The notes under the pieces are model-generated. The model was not told where the DNA came from. It saw only the letters and a list, made by a program, of their open reading frames with translations, and did not search any database. A DNA stretch of 64,000 nt from the human T2T-CHM13v2.0 reference genome, Homo sapiens: the NCBI RefSeq assembly GCF_009914755.1, contig NC_060928.1; one strand, written 5' to 3'. Of the stretch, positions 1 through 13,822 are shown piece by piece. Made by a program: the position numbers and the translations under genes. The stretch's first letter is position 1. Every line of letters begins with the position of its first letter.

Positions 1-212
1 GGCTGGCACAATGTGGCTACAAGCCATGGAAGCCCAGGGTGCCAACAGCCATCAGGAGCCAGAGGCCTGGGACAGATTCTCCCTCAGAGCCTCTAGAAGG
101 GGCCAGCCTGGCTGACGCCATGATCTTGGACTTCCAGCTGAGAATCCATAGTTACTGTTCTAAGACACCCAGGGTGTGGTAGTTTGTTACAGCGCCCCAG
201 GAAATTAATACA
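1..212 (+). mobile_element. MaLR LTR 3' part (MLT1-type)
   Basis: MLT1 hallmarks 'acagattctccctcagagcct', 'cttggacttccag', and terminal 'tttgttacagcgccccaggaaattaataca'. Confidence 0.75.
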
Positions 213-360
213 GGTCCTAAAATGTCTAGGCCTCTGAGGCAGTACAGACCCCTGAGGCAGAACAGATCCCTGAGGCAGTGCCAGGCCCTAAAGCAATACG
301 AACCCCTGAGGTAGTACAGGCCCCTGAAGATACTCCAGGCCCCTGATGGAGTGCAGAGCC

Positions 361-3300
361 CTGAGTGGGTATGGAACCCTGAGTTGTTGGTATGGAACCC
401 TGGGGTGGTATGGAGCCCTGAGTTGTTGGTATGGAACCCTGAGTTGGGATGGAATGCTGAGTTGGTATGGAGTCCTGAGTTGGTACGGAGCCCTGAGTTG
501 GTATGGAACTCTGAGTTGGTATGGAAACTTGAGTTGGTATGGAGCCCTGAGTTGGTATGGAGTCCTGAGTTGCTATGGAGCCCTGAGTTGGTATGGAACC
601 CTGAGTTGGTATGGAATCCTGAGTTGGTATGGAACCTTGAGTTGGTATGGAGCCCTGAGTTGGTATGGAGTCCTGAGTTGGTATGGAGCCCTGAGTTGGT
701 ATGGAACCCTGAGTTGGTATGGAACCCTGAGTTGTTGGTATGGAACCCTGAGTTGGTATGGAGCCCTCAGTTGGTGTGGAACCCTGAGTTGTTGGTATGG
801 AACCCTGAGTTGGTATGGAACCTTGAGTTGGTATGGAGTCCTGAGTTGTTACGGAGTCCTGAGTTGGTATGGAACCCTGAGTCGTTGGTATGGAGCCCTG
901 AGTTGGTATGGAACCCTGAGTTGGTATGGAGTCCTGAGTTGGTATGGAGTCCTGAGTTGGTATGGAAACTTGAGTTGTTGGTGTGGAACCCTGAGTTGGT
1001 ATGGAGCCCTGAGTTGGTATGGAACCCTGAGTTGGTATGGAGCCCTGAGTTGGTATGGAACCCTGAGTTGGTATGGAGTCCTGAGTTGGTATGGAGCCCT
1101 GAGTTGGTATGGAGTCCTGAGTTGGTATGGAGTCCTGAGTTGGTATGGAACCTTGAGTTGGTATGGAGTCCTGAGTTGGTATGGAACTCTGAGTTGGTAT
1201 GGAGCCCTGAGTTGTTGGTATGGAACCCTGAGTTGTTGGTATGGAACTCTGAGTTGGTATGGAGCCCTGAGTTGGTATGGAGCCCTGAGTTGGTATGGAA
1301 CTCTGAGTTGTTATGGAGCCCTGAGTTGTTGGTGTGGAACCCTGAGTTGTTGGTATGGAACTCTGAGTTGGTATGGAGCCCTGAGTTGGTATGGAGTCCT
1401 GAGTTGATATGGAACCCTGAGTTGGTATGGAGTCCTGACTTGGTATGGAGCCCTGAGTTGTTGATATGGAACTCTGAGTTAGTATGGAGCACTGAGTTGG
1501 TATGGAACTCTGAGTTGGTATGGAACCTTCAGTTGGTATGGAGCCCTGAGTTGATATGGAACTCTGAGTTGGTATGGAGCCCTGAGTTGGTATGGAATCC
1601 TGAGTTGATATGGAACCTTGAGTTGGTATGGAACTCTGAGTTGGTATGGAGCACTGAGTTGGTATGGAACCCTGAGTTGGTATGGAACCCTGAGTTGGTA
1701 TGGAGCCCTCAGTTGCTATGGAGCCTTTATTTGGTATGGAACTCTGAATTGGTATGGAACCCTGAGTTGGTATGGGACCCTGAGTTTTTGGTATGGAGCC
1801 CTGTGTTGGTATGGAACCCTGAGTTGGTATGTAGCCTTGAGTTGGTATGGAACTCTGAGTTGGTATGTAGCCTTGAGTTGGTATGGAACTCTGAGTTGGT
1901 ATGGAACCCTGAGTTGGTGTGGAACCCTGAGTTGTTGGTATGGAGCCCTGAGTTGGTATGGAACCCTGAGTTGTTGGTATGGAGCCCTGAGTTGATATGG
2001 AGCCCTGAGTTGCTATGGAACCCTGAGTTGGTATGGAGCCCTGGGTTGGTATGGAACCCTGAGTTGGTATGGAGCCCTGAGTTGGTATGGAACCCTGAGT
2101 TGATATGGAGCACTGAGTTGGTATGGAGTCCTGAGTTGGTATGGAACCCTGAGTTGTTGCTATGGAACCCTGAGTTGGTATGGAACCCTGAGTTGTTGGT
2201 ATGGAACCCTGAGTTGTTGGTATGGAACCCTGAGTTGGTATGGAACCCTGAGTTGTTGGTATGGAACCCTGAGTTGGTATGGAGTCCTGAGTTGGTATGG
2301 AGCCCTGAGTTGGTATGAAACCCTGAGTTGTTGGTATGGAGCCCTGAGTTGGTATGGAACCCTGAGTTGGTATGGAGTCCTGAGTTGGTATGGAGTCCTG
2401 AGTTGGTATGGAGCACTGAGTTGGTATGGAACCCTGAGTTGGTATGGAACCCTGAGTTGGTATGGAGCCCTCAGTTGCTATGGAGCCTTTATTTGGTATG
2501 GAACTCTGAATTGGTATGGAACCCTGAGTTGGTATGGGACCCTGAGTTTTTGGTATGGAGCCCTGAGTTGGTATGTAGCCTTGAGTTGGTATGGAACTCT
2601 GAGTTGGTATGTAGCCTTGAGTTGGTATGGAACTCTGAGTTGGTATGGAACCGTGAGTTGGTGTGGAACCCTGAGTTGTTGGTATGGAGCTGTGAGTTGG
2701 TATGGAACCCTGAGTTGTTGGTATGGAGCCCTGAGTTGATATGGAGCCCTGAGTTGCTATGGAGCCCTGAGTTGGTATGGAGCCCTGGGTTGGTATGGAA
2801 CCCTGAGTTGGTATGGAGCCCTGAGTTGGTATGGAACCCTGAGTTGATATGGAGCACTGAGTTGGTATGGAGTCCTGAGTTGGTATGGAACCCTGAGTTG
2901 TTGGTATGGAACCCTGAGTTGGTGTGGAACCGTGAGTTGGTATGGAACCCTGAGTTGGTATGGAACCCTGAGTTGATATGGAGCACTGAGTTGGTATGGA
3001 GTCCTGAGTTGGTATGGAACCCTGAGTTGTTGGTATGGAGCCCTAAGTTGGAATGGAACCCTGAGTTGCTATGGAGCCCTGAGTTGGTATGGAACCCTGA
3101 GTTGATATGGAGCACTGAGTTGGTATGGAGTCCTGAGTTGGTATGGAACCCTGAGTTGTTGCTATGGAACCCTGAGTTGGTATGGAACCCTGAGTTGGTT
3201 TGGAACCCTGAGTTGTTGGTATGGAACCCTGAGTTGGTATGGAACCCTGAGTTGGTATGGAACCCTGAGTTGTTGGTATGGAACCCTGAGTTGGTATGGA

Positions 3301-4081
3301 ACCCTGAGTTGGTATGGAGTCCTGAGTTGGTATGGAGCCCTGAGTTGGTATGGAACCCTGAGTTGTTGGTATGGAGCCCTGAGTTGGTATGGGACCCTGA
3401 GTTGGTATGGAGCCCTGAGTTGGTATGGAGTCCTGAGTTGGTATGGAGCCCTGAATTGGTATGGAACCCTGAGTTGTTGGTATGGAGCCCTGAGTTGGTA
3501 TGGAACCCTGAGTTGATATGGAGCACTGAGTTGGTATGGAGTCCTGAGTTGGTATGGAACCCTGAGTTGTTGGTATGGAACCCTGAGTTGGTATGGAACC
3601 CTGAGTTGTTGGTATGGAACCCTGAGTTGGTATGGAACCCTGCGTTGGTATGGAGCTTTGAGTTGGTATGGAACTCTGAGTTGGTATGGAACCCTAAGTT
3701 GGTATGGAACCCTGAGTTGTTGGTATGGAACCTTGAGTTGGTATGGAACCCTGAGTTAGTATGGAGCCCTGAGTTGGTATGGAACTCTGAGTTGGTATGG
3801 AACCCTGAGTTGTTGGTATGGAGCCCTGAGTTGGTATGGAACCCTGAGTTGTTGGTATGGAGCCCTGAGTTGTTGGTATGGAGCCCTGAGTTGGTATGGA
3901 ACCCTGAGTTGGTATGGAGCCCTGAGTTGGTATGGAACCCTGAGTTGGTATGGAGTCCTGAGTTGGTATGGAACCCTGAGTTGTTGGTATGGAACCCTGA
4001 GTTGGTATGGAACCTTGAGTTGGTATGGAGTCCTGAGTTGGTATGGAGCCCTGAGTTGGTATGGAACCCTGAGTTGTTGTG
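361..4081. repeat. Giant minisatellite, 18/21-bp unit CTGAGTT(GTT)GGTATGGA(A/G)CC, ~3.7 kb
   Basis: Directly visible tandem array. Degenerate 18-bp units (tgaggcagtacagacccc) precede it at ~232-360. Confidence 0.98.
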
Positions 4082-4739
4082 ATTCTTGCTTCTAGTTCCA
4101 TCACGTCACCCCAGACACCTGACACGTCCTCACTGCCTTGTCCAATCAACATCACAGTCATTTTTGCTCCTACAAATCTCTTGGACCCTCCACCTCCCTC
4201 TCCTCCGTGCAGCTTCAGTGACCCTTGGAGGCATCTCATCCCTCAGAGGTTCTCCCCTTCCTCTGCCAGGGCTCTGTCCCCTCACTGCCTTTATACCTGC
4301 CGCGGTCTGGTACCCAGGTGTGCACGCACTCCTCCCTAGAATCCCCACCCTCCCTGGATCATCCCCCATTTCCTGCCATCCTATCACCTGGGTGCTGGAC
4401 TGGGGCATTAAGCACATTTGCAACAACGGCAGGAGCCGAAGTTAGTCTCCTGTGCCAGACCAGGTTGTCATTCGTCACCTAACAAAGCTGGGTCTATACA
4501 CAGTAGGTGCCTCCTTAGTGCCCTCAGTGAATGAATACGAGAAGGCAGTACCAGTGTTGAAAGTCTCCAAGTTCACGAGGCAATCGAGAGCTCTTAGAAA
4601 GCTCTTACCTTGTAAGAGCTGGTCTGTCCATCCCACCCATCCTTACAACAAAAGCTAGCAGCCACCAGCTGCACCCACAACCTGCATAACATCAACTGCA
4701 CCCCACCAACTACACTCAGCACCTGCACCCACCCCCTGC

Positions 4740-7700
4740 ATCTGACCCCTGTATCTCATCCCCTGCATCCCACCCCTGCATCCCACCCCCTACATCCCAC
4801 CCCTGCATCCCACCCCTGCATCCCACCCCTGCATCCCACCCCTTCATCCCACCCCTGCATCCCACCCCTTCATCCCACCCCTGCATCCCACCCCTTCATC
4901 CCACCCCTGCATCCCACCCCTGCATCCCACCCCCTGCATCCCACCCCCTTCATGCCACCCCTGCATCCCACCCCCTGCATCCCACCCCTGCATCCCACCC
5001 CCTGCATCCCACCCCCTTCATGCCACCCCTTCATCCCACCCCTGCATCCCACCCCCTGCATCCCACCCCTGCATCCCACCCCCTGCATCCCACCCCCTTC
5101 ATGCCACCCCTTCATCCCACCCCTGCATCCCACCCCTGCATCCCACCCCCTTCATCCCACCCCTGCATCCCACCCCTGCATCCCACCCCCTTCATCCCAC
5201 CCCTGCATCCCACCCCCTACATCCCACCCCCTTCATGCCACCCCTGCATCCCACCCCTTCATCCCACCCCTGCATCCCACCCCTTCATCCCACGCCTGCA
5301 TCCCACCCCCTGCATCCCACCCCTGCATCCCACCCCCTGCATCCCACCCCCTGCATCCCACCCCTGCATCCCACCCCCTACATCCCACCCCCTGCATCCC
5401 ACCCCCTACATCCCACCCCTGCATCCCACCCCTGCATCCCACCCCCTGCATCCCACCCCCTTCATCCCACCCCTGCATCCCACCCCCTACATCCCACCCC
5501 CTTCATGCCACCCCTGCATCCCACCCCTTCATCCCACCCCTGCATCCCACCCCCTGCATCCCACCCCTGCATCCGACCCCTTCATCCCACCCCCTGCATC
5601 CCACCCCCTGCATCCCACCCCTGCATCCCACCCCCTTCATCCCACCCCTGCATCCCACCCCCTACATCCCACCCCCGCATCCCACCCCCTTCATCCCACC
5701 CCCGCATCCCACCCCCTACATCCCACCCCCTGCATCCCACCCCCTTCATCCCACCCCTGCATCCCACCCCTGCATCCCACCCCCTTCATCCCACCCCTGC
5801 ATCCCACCCCTGCATCCCACCCCTGCATCCCACCCCTGCATCCCACCCCCTTCATGCCACCCCTGCATCCCACCCCTTCATCCCACCCCTGCATCCCACC
5901 CCTTCATCCCACCCCTGCATCCCACCCCTTCATCCCACCCCCTGCATCCCACCCCCTGCATCCCCCCCCTACATCCCACCCCCTGCATCCCACCCCCTAC
6001 ATCCCACCCCTGCATCCCACCCCCTTCATCCCACCCCTGCATCCCACCCCCTACATCCCACCCCTGCATCCCACCCCTGCATCCCACCCCCTTCATCCCA
6101 CCCCTGCATCCCACCCCTGCATCCCACCCCCTTCATGCCACCCCTGCATCCCACCCCTGCATCCCACCCCTGCATCCCACCCCCTTCATCCCACCCCTGC
6201 ATCCCACCCCCTACATCCCACCCCTGCATCCCACCCCTGCATCCCACCCCCTGCATTCCACCCCCTACATCCCACCCCTGCATCCCACCCCTGCATCCCA
6301 CCCCCTACATCCCACCCCTGCATCCCACCCCTGCATCCCACCCCCTTCATGCCACCCCTGCATCCCACCCCTGCATCCCACCCCTGCATCCCACCCCTGT
6401 ATCCCACCCCTGCATCCCACCCCCTTCATGCCACCCCTGCATCCCACCCCTGCATCCCACCCCTGCATCCCACCCCTGCATCCCACCCCCTACATCCCAC
6501 CCCCTGCATCCCACCCCCTACATCCCACCCCTGCATCCCACCCCTGCATCCCACCCCCTACATCCCACCCCCTTCATGCCACCCCTGCATCCCACCCCCT
6601 TCATGCCACCCCTTCATCCCACCCCTGCATCCCACCCCCTGCATCCCACCCCCTACATCCCACCCCTGCATCCCACCCCTGCATCCCACCCCCTTCATCC
6701 CACCCCTGCATCCCACCCCTGCATCCCACCCCCTTCATCCCACCCCTGCATCCCACGCCCTACATCCCACCCCCTTCATGCCACCCCTGCATCCCACCCC
6801 TGCATCCCACCCCTGCATCCCACCCCTACATCCCACCCCCTGCATCCCACCCCTGCATCCCACCCCTGCATCCCACCCCCTTCATCCCACCCCTGCATCC
6901 CACCCCTGCATCCCACCCCCTGCATCCCACCCCCTGCCTCCCACCCCCTTCATGCCACCCCTGCATCCCACCCCTGCATCCCACCCCCTGCATCCCACCC
7001 CCTACATCCCACCCCTGCATCCCACCCCTGCATCCCACCCTCTTCATCCCACCCCTGCATCCCACCCCCTTCATCCCACCCCTGCATCCCACCCCCTACA
7101 TCCCACCCCCTTCATGCCACCCCTGCATCCCACCCCTTCATCCCACCCCTGAATCCCACCCCTTCATCCCACCCCTGCATCCCACCCCCTTCATGCCACC
7201 TCTGCATCCCACCCCTGCATCCCACCCCCTGCATCCCACCCCCTACATCCCACCCCTGCATCCCACCCCTTCATCCCACCCCTTCATCCCACCCCTGCAT
7301 CCCACCCCTTCATCCCACCCCTGCATCCCACCCCCTGCATCCCACCCCCTACATCCCACCCCCTTCATGCCACCCCTGCATCCCACCCCTGCATCCCACC
7401 CCCTGCATCCCACCCCCTACATCCCACCCCCTTCATGCCACCCCTGCATCCCACCCCTGCATCCCACCCCCTGCATCCCACCCCCTACATCCCACCCCTG
7501 CATCCCACCCCTTCATCCCACCCCTGCATCCCACCCCTTCATCCCACCCCCTGCATCCCACCCCCTGCATCCCACCCCTGCATCCCACCCCCTACATCCC
7601 ACCCCCTGCATGCCACCCCCTACATCCCACCCCTACATCCCACCCCTGCATCCCACCCCTTCATCCCACCCCTTCATCCCACCCCTGCATCCCACCCCTT

Positions 7701-8280
7701 CATCCCACCCCTGCATCCCACCCCCTGCATCCCACCCCCTACATCCCACCCCCTTCATGCCACCCCTGCATCCCACCCCTGCATCCCACCCCCTGCATCC
7801 CACCCCCTACATCCCACCCCCTTCATGCCACCCCTGCATCCCACCCCTGCATCCCACCCCCTGCATCCCACCCCCTACATCCCACCCCTGCATCCCACCC
7901 CTTCATCCCACCCCTGCATCCCACCCCTTCATCCCACCCCCTGCATCCCACCCCCTGCATCCCACCCCTGCATCCCACCCCCTACATCCCACCCCCTGCA
8001 TGCCACCCCCTACATCCCACCCCTGCATCCCACCCCCTGCATCCCACCCCCTACATCCCACCCCTGCATCCCACCCCTTCATCCCACCCCTGCATCCCAC
8101 CCCCTTCATCCCACCCCTGCATCCCACCCCTGCATCCCACCCCTGCATCCCACCACCTGCCTCCCACCTCCTGTATCCCACCCCTGCATCCCATCCCCTG
8201 CATCTCAGCCCCCGAATCCCACCCACTGTGTCTCACCCACTGCATCCCACCCCCTGCATCCCACCCCTGCATCTAACCAC
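4740..8280. repeat. Giant C-rich minisatellite, 13/14-bp unit T(G/T/A)CATCCCACCCC(C), ~3.5 kb
   Basis: Directly visible tandem array with degenerate flanks at ~4660-4740 and ~8280-8415. Confidence 0.98.
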
Positions 8281-9966
8281 CTGCATCCTACAACATGTAT
8301 CCACCACCTGCATCTTGCCTTGTACCTCCCACTACCTGCATCTTGCCAGGTACATCTTAGCACCTGTGTCCCACCATGTACATCCTACCCCCTGCATCCT
8401 ATGACCTGCATCTTATGTGCATGGCTGGTTCTGTTGATAGAAGGTTAAGAGGATTCTAGTCCTGCCTTCAGAAGCTCAGGGGCTGACCAGGGGTTAGGCT
8501 GGGAGCTTAGGCACTTCTCCCTCTCAGGGAGTGGCTGGTCTGGTTGCTACAGGCTCCTGTGCAGGGGAATGTGTGCACATGAGGTCCAGACAACTCCATG
8601 GGGAGGCTACTCTCAGGCCTTACGTTGAATAAAATGTTGGCATTTTCCAGATAAAAAGGCAGAAAATGATGCTGTGCGTGGAGGGACAGCCTAGGAGGGC
8701 TTAGAGGCTGGACATGGTGCCCAGGCAGGTCTTGGAGCTGGAGTGCAGTGTGTGGCTGAGGATGACTACAGCAAGGCCTGGTGAGTGAAGCTGTCTGTGA
8801 CCTGAGGGGCCTGGGGAGTTCTTGGTGGGCCTGGAGGACAGGGCCTCCTGCCTAGTTTATGTCCTGCCCAACACTGCTGGGTACTTGGCCAGTTGTGGAG
8901 AAATACTCACAGGCAACCTGACTGCCCCAAAGGAGCCTCTCCCAGGCTTATGGTGTGAGGCTTTGCCACTCCTGGGGGAGAGACACTGGGGCTGGCAGCA
9001 GGCTGAAGATGCAGGCGTGCAGGCACTGCACTGTCTTCTGTCTTTCTGATGTCTCTTTCCCAAGCCCCTGGGGAGGGGATGACGCATGGTCCTGTGTGGC
9101 CTCTGGGAGCCCCTTGAGAAAGCATCTAATGCCCCTTTACCAAGCTGCAGAGCCTGCAAGCCCAGACCCAGGAGGAGGAGTCAGGCGCAGCTGTGTGGAC
9201 CAGACATTTACAGCATCTGGATGCTCCTCTGAGGAAAAGAGTTGAGAGTGTCCTACTATTGTAAAATGCACAGAAATGCACGACCAGGTGGGGATGAGGC
9301 TGGGCCTGTGGTCCTGCTTCCCCTGAGGGCCAGCTGTGTCTGGTGCAGGGTGGGGCTGGGAGGCCAGAGGACCTGAACACATGCTTTGGGTAAGTCCCTT
9401 TGCAGCTCTGTCTCCTCTTCTGTAAATAAGGCAACACGGGCCTTGCGAGGACAGACCAGGTCAACGGCATGAGCACTGGAGCCACGGACTTGTCGGCTGC
9501 CATGTGGCTGCCACTGTTCCATCATTCCCACAAGTCCTGCCTGCACTGGCTGTGTTCCCTTTCCCAGCCTCCCTGCATTCACCTCCAGTCAGTCACCTGC
9601 CTCCCCAGTGCATGTCACCTTCCAAGAAAGACACATGATCCCCTCAAAGTGCGTCTGGCCTTGGCCTCAGCCTCAGCACCTTCCTGCTGTCCCCATCCAC
9701 CTGTCCAGTCCCATCCCTCATCCCCCTTCTCAGTCCCAGAAGGCCAGGCCCATCTCAGGGATCCCCTCTTCCACAGGGCTGTCCCCACCACACCCCTCAT
9801 GCCCCCAGTGTTTGCCCAGGGACCACCAGCTTCAGTGGTCACACCCATTTTCCCAGGTACCCACGAGGCAGGACCCCCTTACCACTTCCTCCCTGGCTCC
9901 CAGGTGCCTGAAGCAAAGGCTGAAAAGTTGGCCTGAGAGCCCGCAAGGTTTTACTTTCCTTCTTCA

Positions 9967-10392
<426 letters not shown>

Positions 10393-11702
10393 CTAGCAAA
10401 ACGTGGTGGGGCCACAGCAGGTGCACAGAGGCTGAACTCAGGCCCTGGAGGATGGGAGGAGGGCAGTGGAGGTGCACAGCCCTCCAGGTGCCATTGGAAG
10501 TGTGGGCTGGGGCTGCCCAAAGCCGCTGCCAAGCCCATGGTGGGGGGCAAAGAGCCCCCCTGCTCTCAGCGCACCCCGGGTGGTCTGGCCACTTGCTACC
10601 ATATAGTCTACCAGAAACAGGACGATGACCACACAGGTGGGGTGAAGGATTGTTTTGTGGAGTATATTGTATTTTAAAACAGCTTTTACTGATCCAAAAG
10701 TGATATTCTATTGAGGATCAATAGCAGATAGAAGGCAAAATGTAGTTCGTATCAGCTGAAGCCTCTCCATGTGAAATCCACATGAATAGGTGGATTCTCT
10801 GGTAAACGTGGAGGTTTTAAGAAAGCTGCTATGGACCAGGCTCCGTCATGGAGCCCTCTGGCTTTCTGCTGTCACCCCAAGGAGTCCTCAGGAGAATTCA
10901 GTTGTGGGGACATAATGATATTTGCACACTAGTTTCCTAAATTATTTTCTTCTTCCATTTTGTTGCTGTCTTTCTATCACATGCTGGAAGGCAGCAAGTT
11001 AAGCAAAGGCATAGGGCCACTGAGAAACCGAACCCGCTGCCATCAGGCCGCTGCCTCTGCCTCATTTGAAAAGGCTGGTACATAGGTACACAAACAATGC
11101 ATACTTATTTGCATGCCAGAATTCACTTTTCTTAAGGTCTCTACCATTTAGAAATTTTCTCTTGTATTTTAGTGAAAAAAATAATGCTTTGGAGTAATGA
11201 TGACTTTGAGGGGCACTGAAGGACACCATGCTGCTCAGCAGAAGAGCTGGGCCTGAGGGTGACACATGGGGGTGCCGGCCCGGTCAGCACCAGAGTCAAG
11301 TGTAGCAGTGCCTGAACACCATGGACCTGCCTTGGGGCCTAGGAACTCCTCCTGGCACATCTGCCTCTCCGCCCCTCCCCTCACTGCTCACCCGAACTCC
11401 AGCGCTCTCCCGAAACGGCTCCACCTTGCTGTGCTGGCCCACAGGTGATGGCTGCCCCACTAGCCTGCCCCAACACGGACATGACACAGCATTCAGGGAA
11501 CCTGCATGCAGCTCAGCACTGACAGGGCGCCCTCCCAGGGACATACTTCCTGAGTGCTTATGCTAAGATGCTGTGGCAAGGGCGGCCAGGACAGCATGAC
11601 CCAGTCCACAGCCAGGCCACAATGCCCTGCACGGATTCCTCCTGCACCCTGGATGCTCCGTGCAGGGCTGCTGGCCTGGCCCTCAGACACTACCCAGGAG
11701 GC

Positions 11703-11972
11703 CATGTGTGTGCATGTACAAGTGTGCACCCATGTGTGTATGTGTAGGTGTACTGTGTGCGTGTGCACGTGTGTGAGCACGTGTCCATATACACACATAT
11801 GCATACCTGCACACGCGTGAGCATGCACCCATGTGTGGATGTAGGTGTACTGTGTGTGCAAGCATGTGAGCACAGGTTCACATATACACGTATGTGTATG
11901 TGCAGGTGTACTCTGTGTACATGTGTACACATGTGAGCACGTGTTCATATATACATATATGCATACACACAT
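11703..11972. repeat. Degenerate (TG/CA)n alternating purine-pyrimidine low-complexity tract
   Basis: Runs of gtgtgcatgtaca / catatacacac. Confidence 0.85.
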
Positions 11973-12477
11973 TCAAGGCTTCCTCCTGCAGTGCCTCAGG
12001 ACACCAAGCAGGAGTAAAAACTTCAATCACCTGCAGTTTGATCTTCACAATAAAAAACCATCTGACTGATTTTTAGAATTAAATTATTGTTTAATTGCGT
12101 TTTCAGTCAAAAATCTCAGTTATGTGGTTCAAATTCATGTTGCCAAGGCCACAGCACCCGCTCCGACCAAGGAAAGGTGTGGAACTTCAGATACCTAAGA
12201 CCCTGGCTTGCTTGGTGACCGTGCTGCCCAGTTCTGCACAGCATCATGTGTCACCTCTGGTAAGTTATCCCTTAAAGTCGATGCCTAGCCAGCCACGTGA
12301 GCTGTGAGCTCCTACTGCTGAGCCGAATCACAGCTTTGCGTTTAAAACAGTAACTTACAAACTCAGCATTTTGCCATGTAAAAATGCTAAAATGTGTTTA
12401 ATTTTTTATCTCATCGTCGTAATAAACTCTTGGCAGGGAAGCAGAATAAGACTCATTTTTAGAAAGGTCCAAGAACT

Positions 12478-12830
<353 letters not shown>

Positions 12831-13314
12831 AAGACCCAAGAACTGGCATTATTTTGCAAGTAGCACAACAAAGAACCCACTCTCAACCACCAACTTCAGG
12901 TTTTAAAAAGGTAGAATGAGCATGAATAAAATTGCTGCCGTGAGTTGGGTAACCTCATTATTCAGCTAGAGCAGTAACTAGCAAGTCAGTGGTAACTAGG
13001 AAGGAAGATTGATGTCTTCGTGATGCTCCACTCATTTCCCTGAGAATTGATCTTTGGGGCAATTTGAGTTTAGAGGTATGTGGGATTCTATTTCCTCTGG
13101 TAAACTTAAAAAAAACAAACAAACAAACAAAAAAAAAACCACCTTGATATTCCACATTAGTACATGAACACCTATGACAGTGGAGGTAAGAATACTCCCG
13201 GAGTTAGGGACACTCAATCTTAAAACTACTCATCTAACTTTCTGGTCACACGGAAGAGGCCAGTTTGCCCCAGCTAGGTCTCTGTGCACCCCTAGATTAT
13301 CCTGCCACCCCGGC

Positions 13315-13822
13315 CAGGGAGGTGTACACAGGGACAGGAGGGTGTGCACGCAGGGACAGGACAGGTGTGCTTGCAGGCGACAGGACGAGTGTGCCCGCAG
13401 GAATAGGAGGGTGTGCACACAGGGACAGGAAGGGGGTGCAAGCAGGGACACGAGGGGTGTGCAAGTGGGGACAGGACGGGTGTGCAAACGGGCGACAGGA
13501 TGGGTGCGCACGCAGGTACAGGAGGATGTGCCCATAGGGACAGGAGGATGTGCGAGCAGGGACGGGAGAGTGTGCCCGAAGGTACAGGAGGGTGTGCGTG
13601 CAGGGACAAGAGGATGTGTGCTCAGGGACACGAGGGTGTGCACGCAGGGAAGGAGGGTGTGTATGCAGAGGGATAGGACGGTGTGTATGCGGGGACAGGA
13701 GGGTGTGCGTGCAGGGACAGGAGGGTGTGCACGCACACAGGGACAGGACGGTGTGCCCGCGGGGACAGGACGGTGTGCATGCAGGGATAGGAGGGTGTGT
13801 CCACAGTGATAGGACGGTGTGA
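13315..13822. repeat. Diverged ~20-24-bp minisatellite (gcagggacaggagggtgtgc)
   Basis: Repeated gggacaggagggtgtgc cores. Confidence 0.9.

Noticed and set aside
346-4239. Long ORFs (WNPELV, HTNSG, LSWYG repeats)
   Set aside because: These are translations of a minisatellite open on both strands, with no ATG/promoter/splice context.
361-8280. Possible CRISPR-like arrays
   Set aside because: There are no unique spacers or cas genes. These are eukaryotic head-to-tail VNTRs.
4870-8448. 1150-aa and 1013-aa Pro/His-rich ORFs resembling extensins
   Set aside because: The repeat unit lacks stop codons in all + frames, so this is an artefact.
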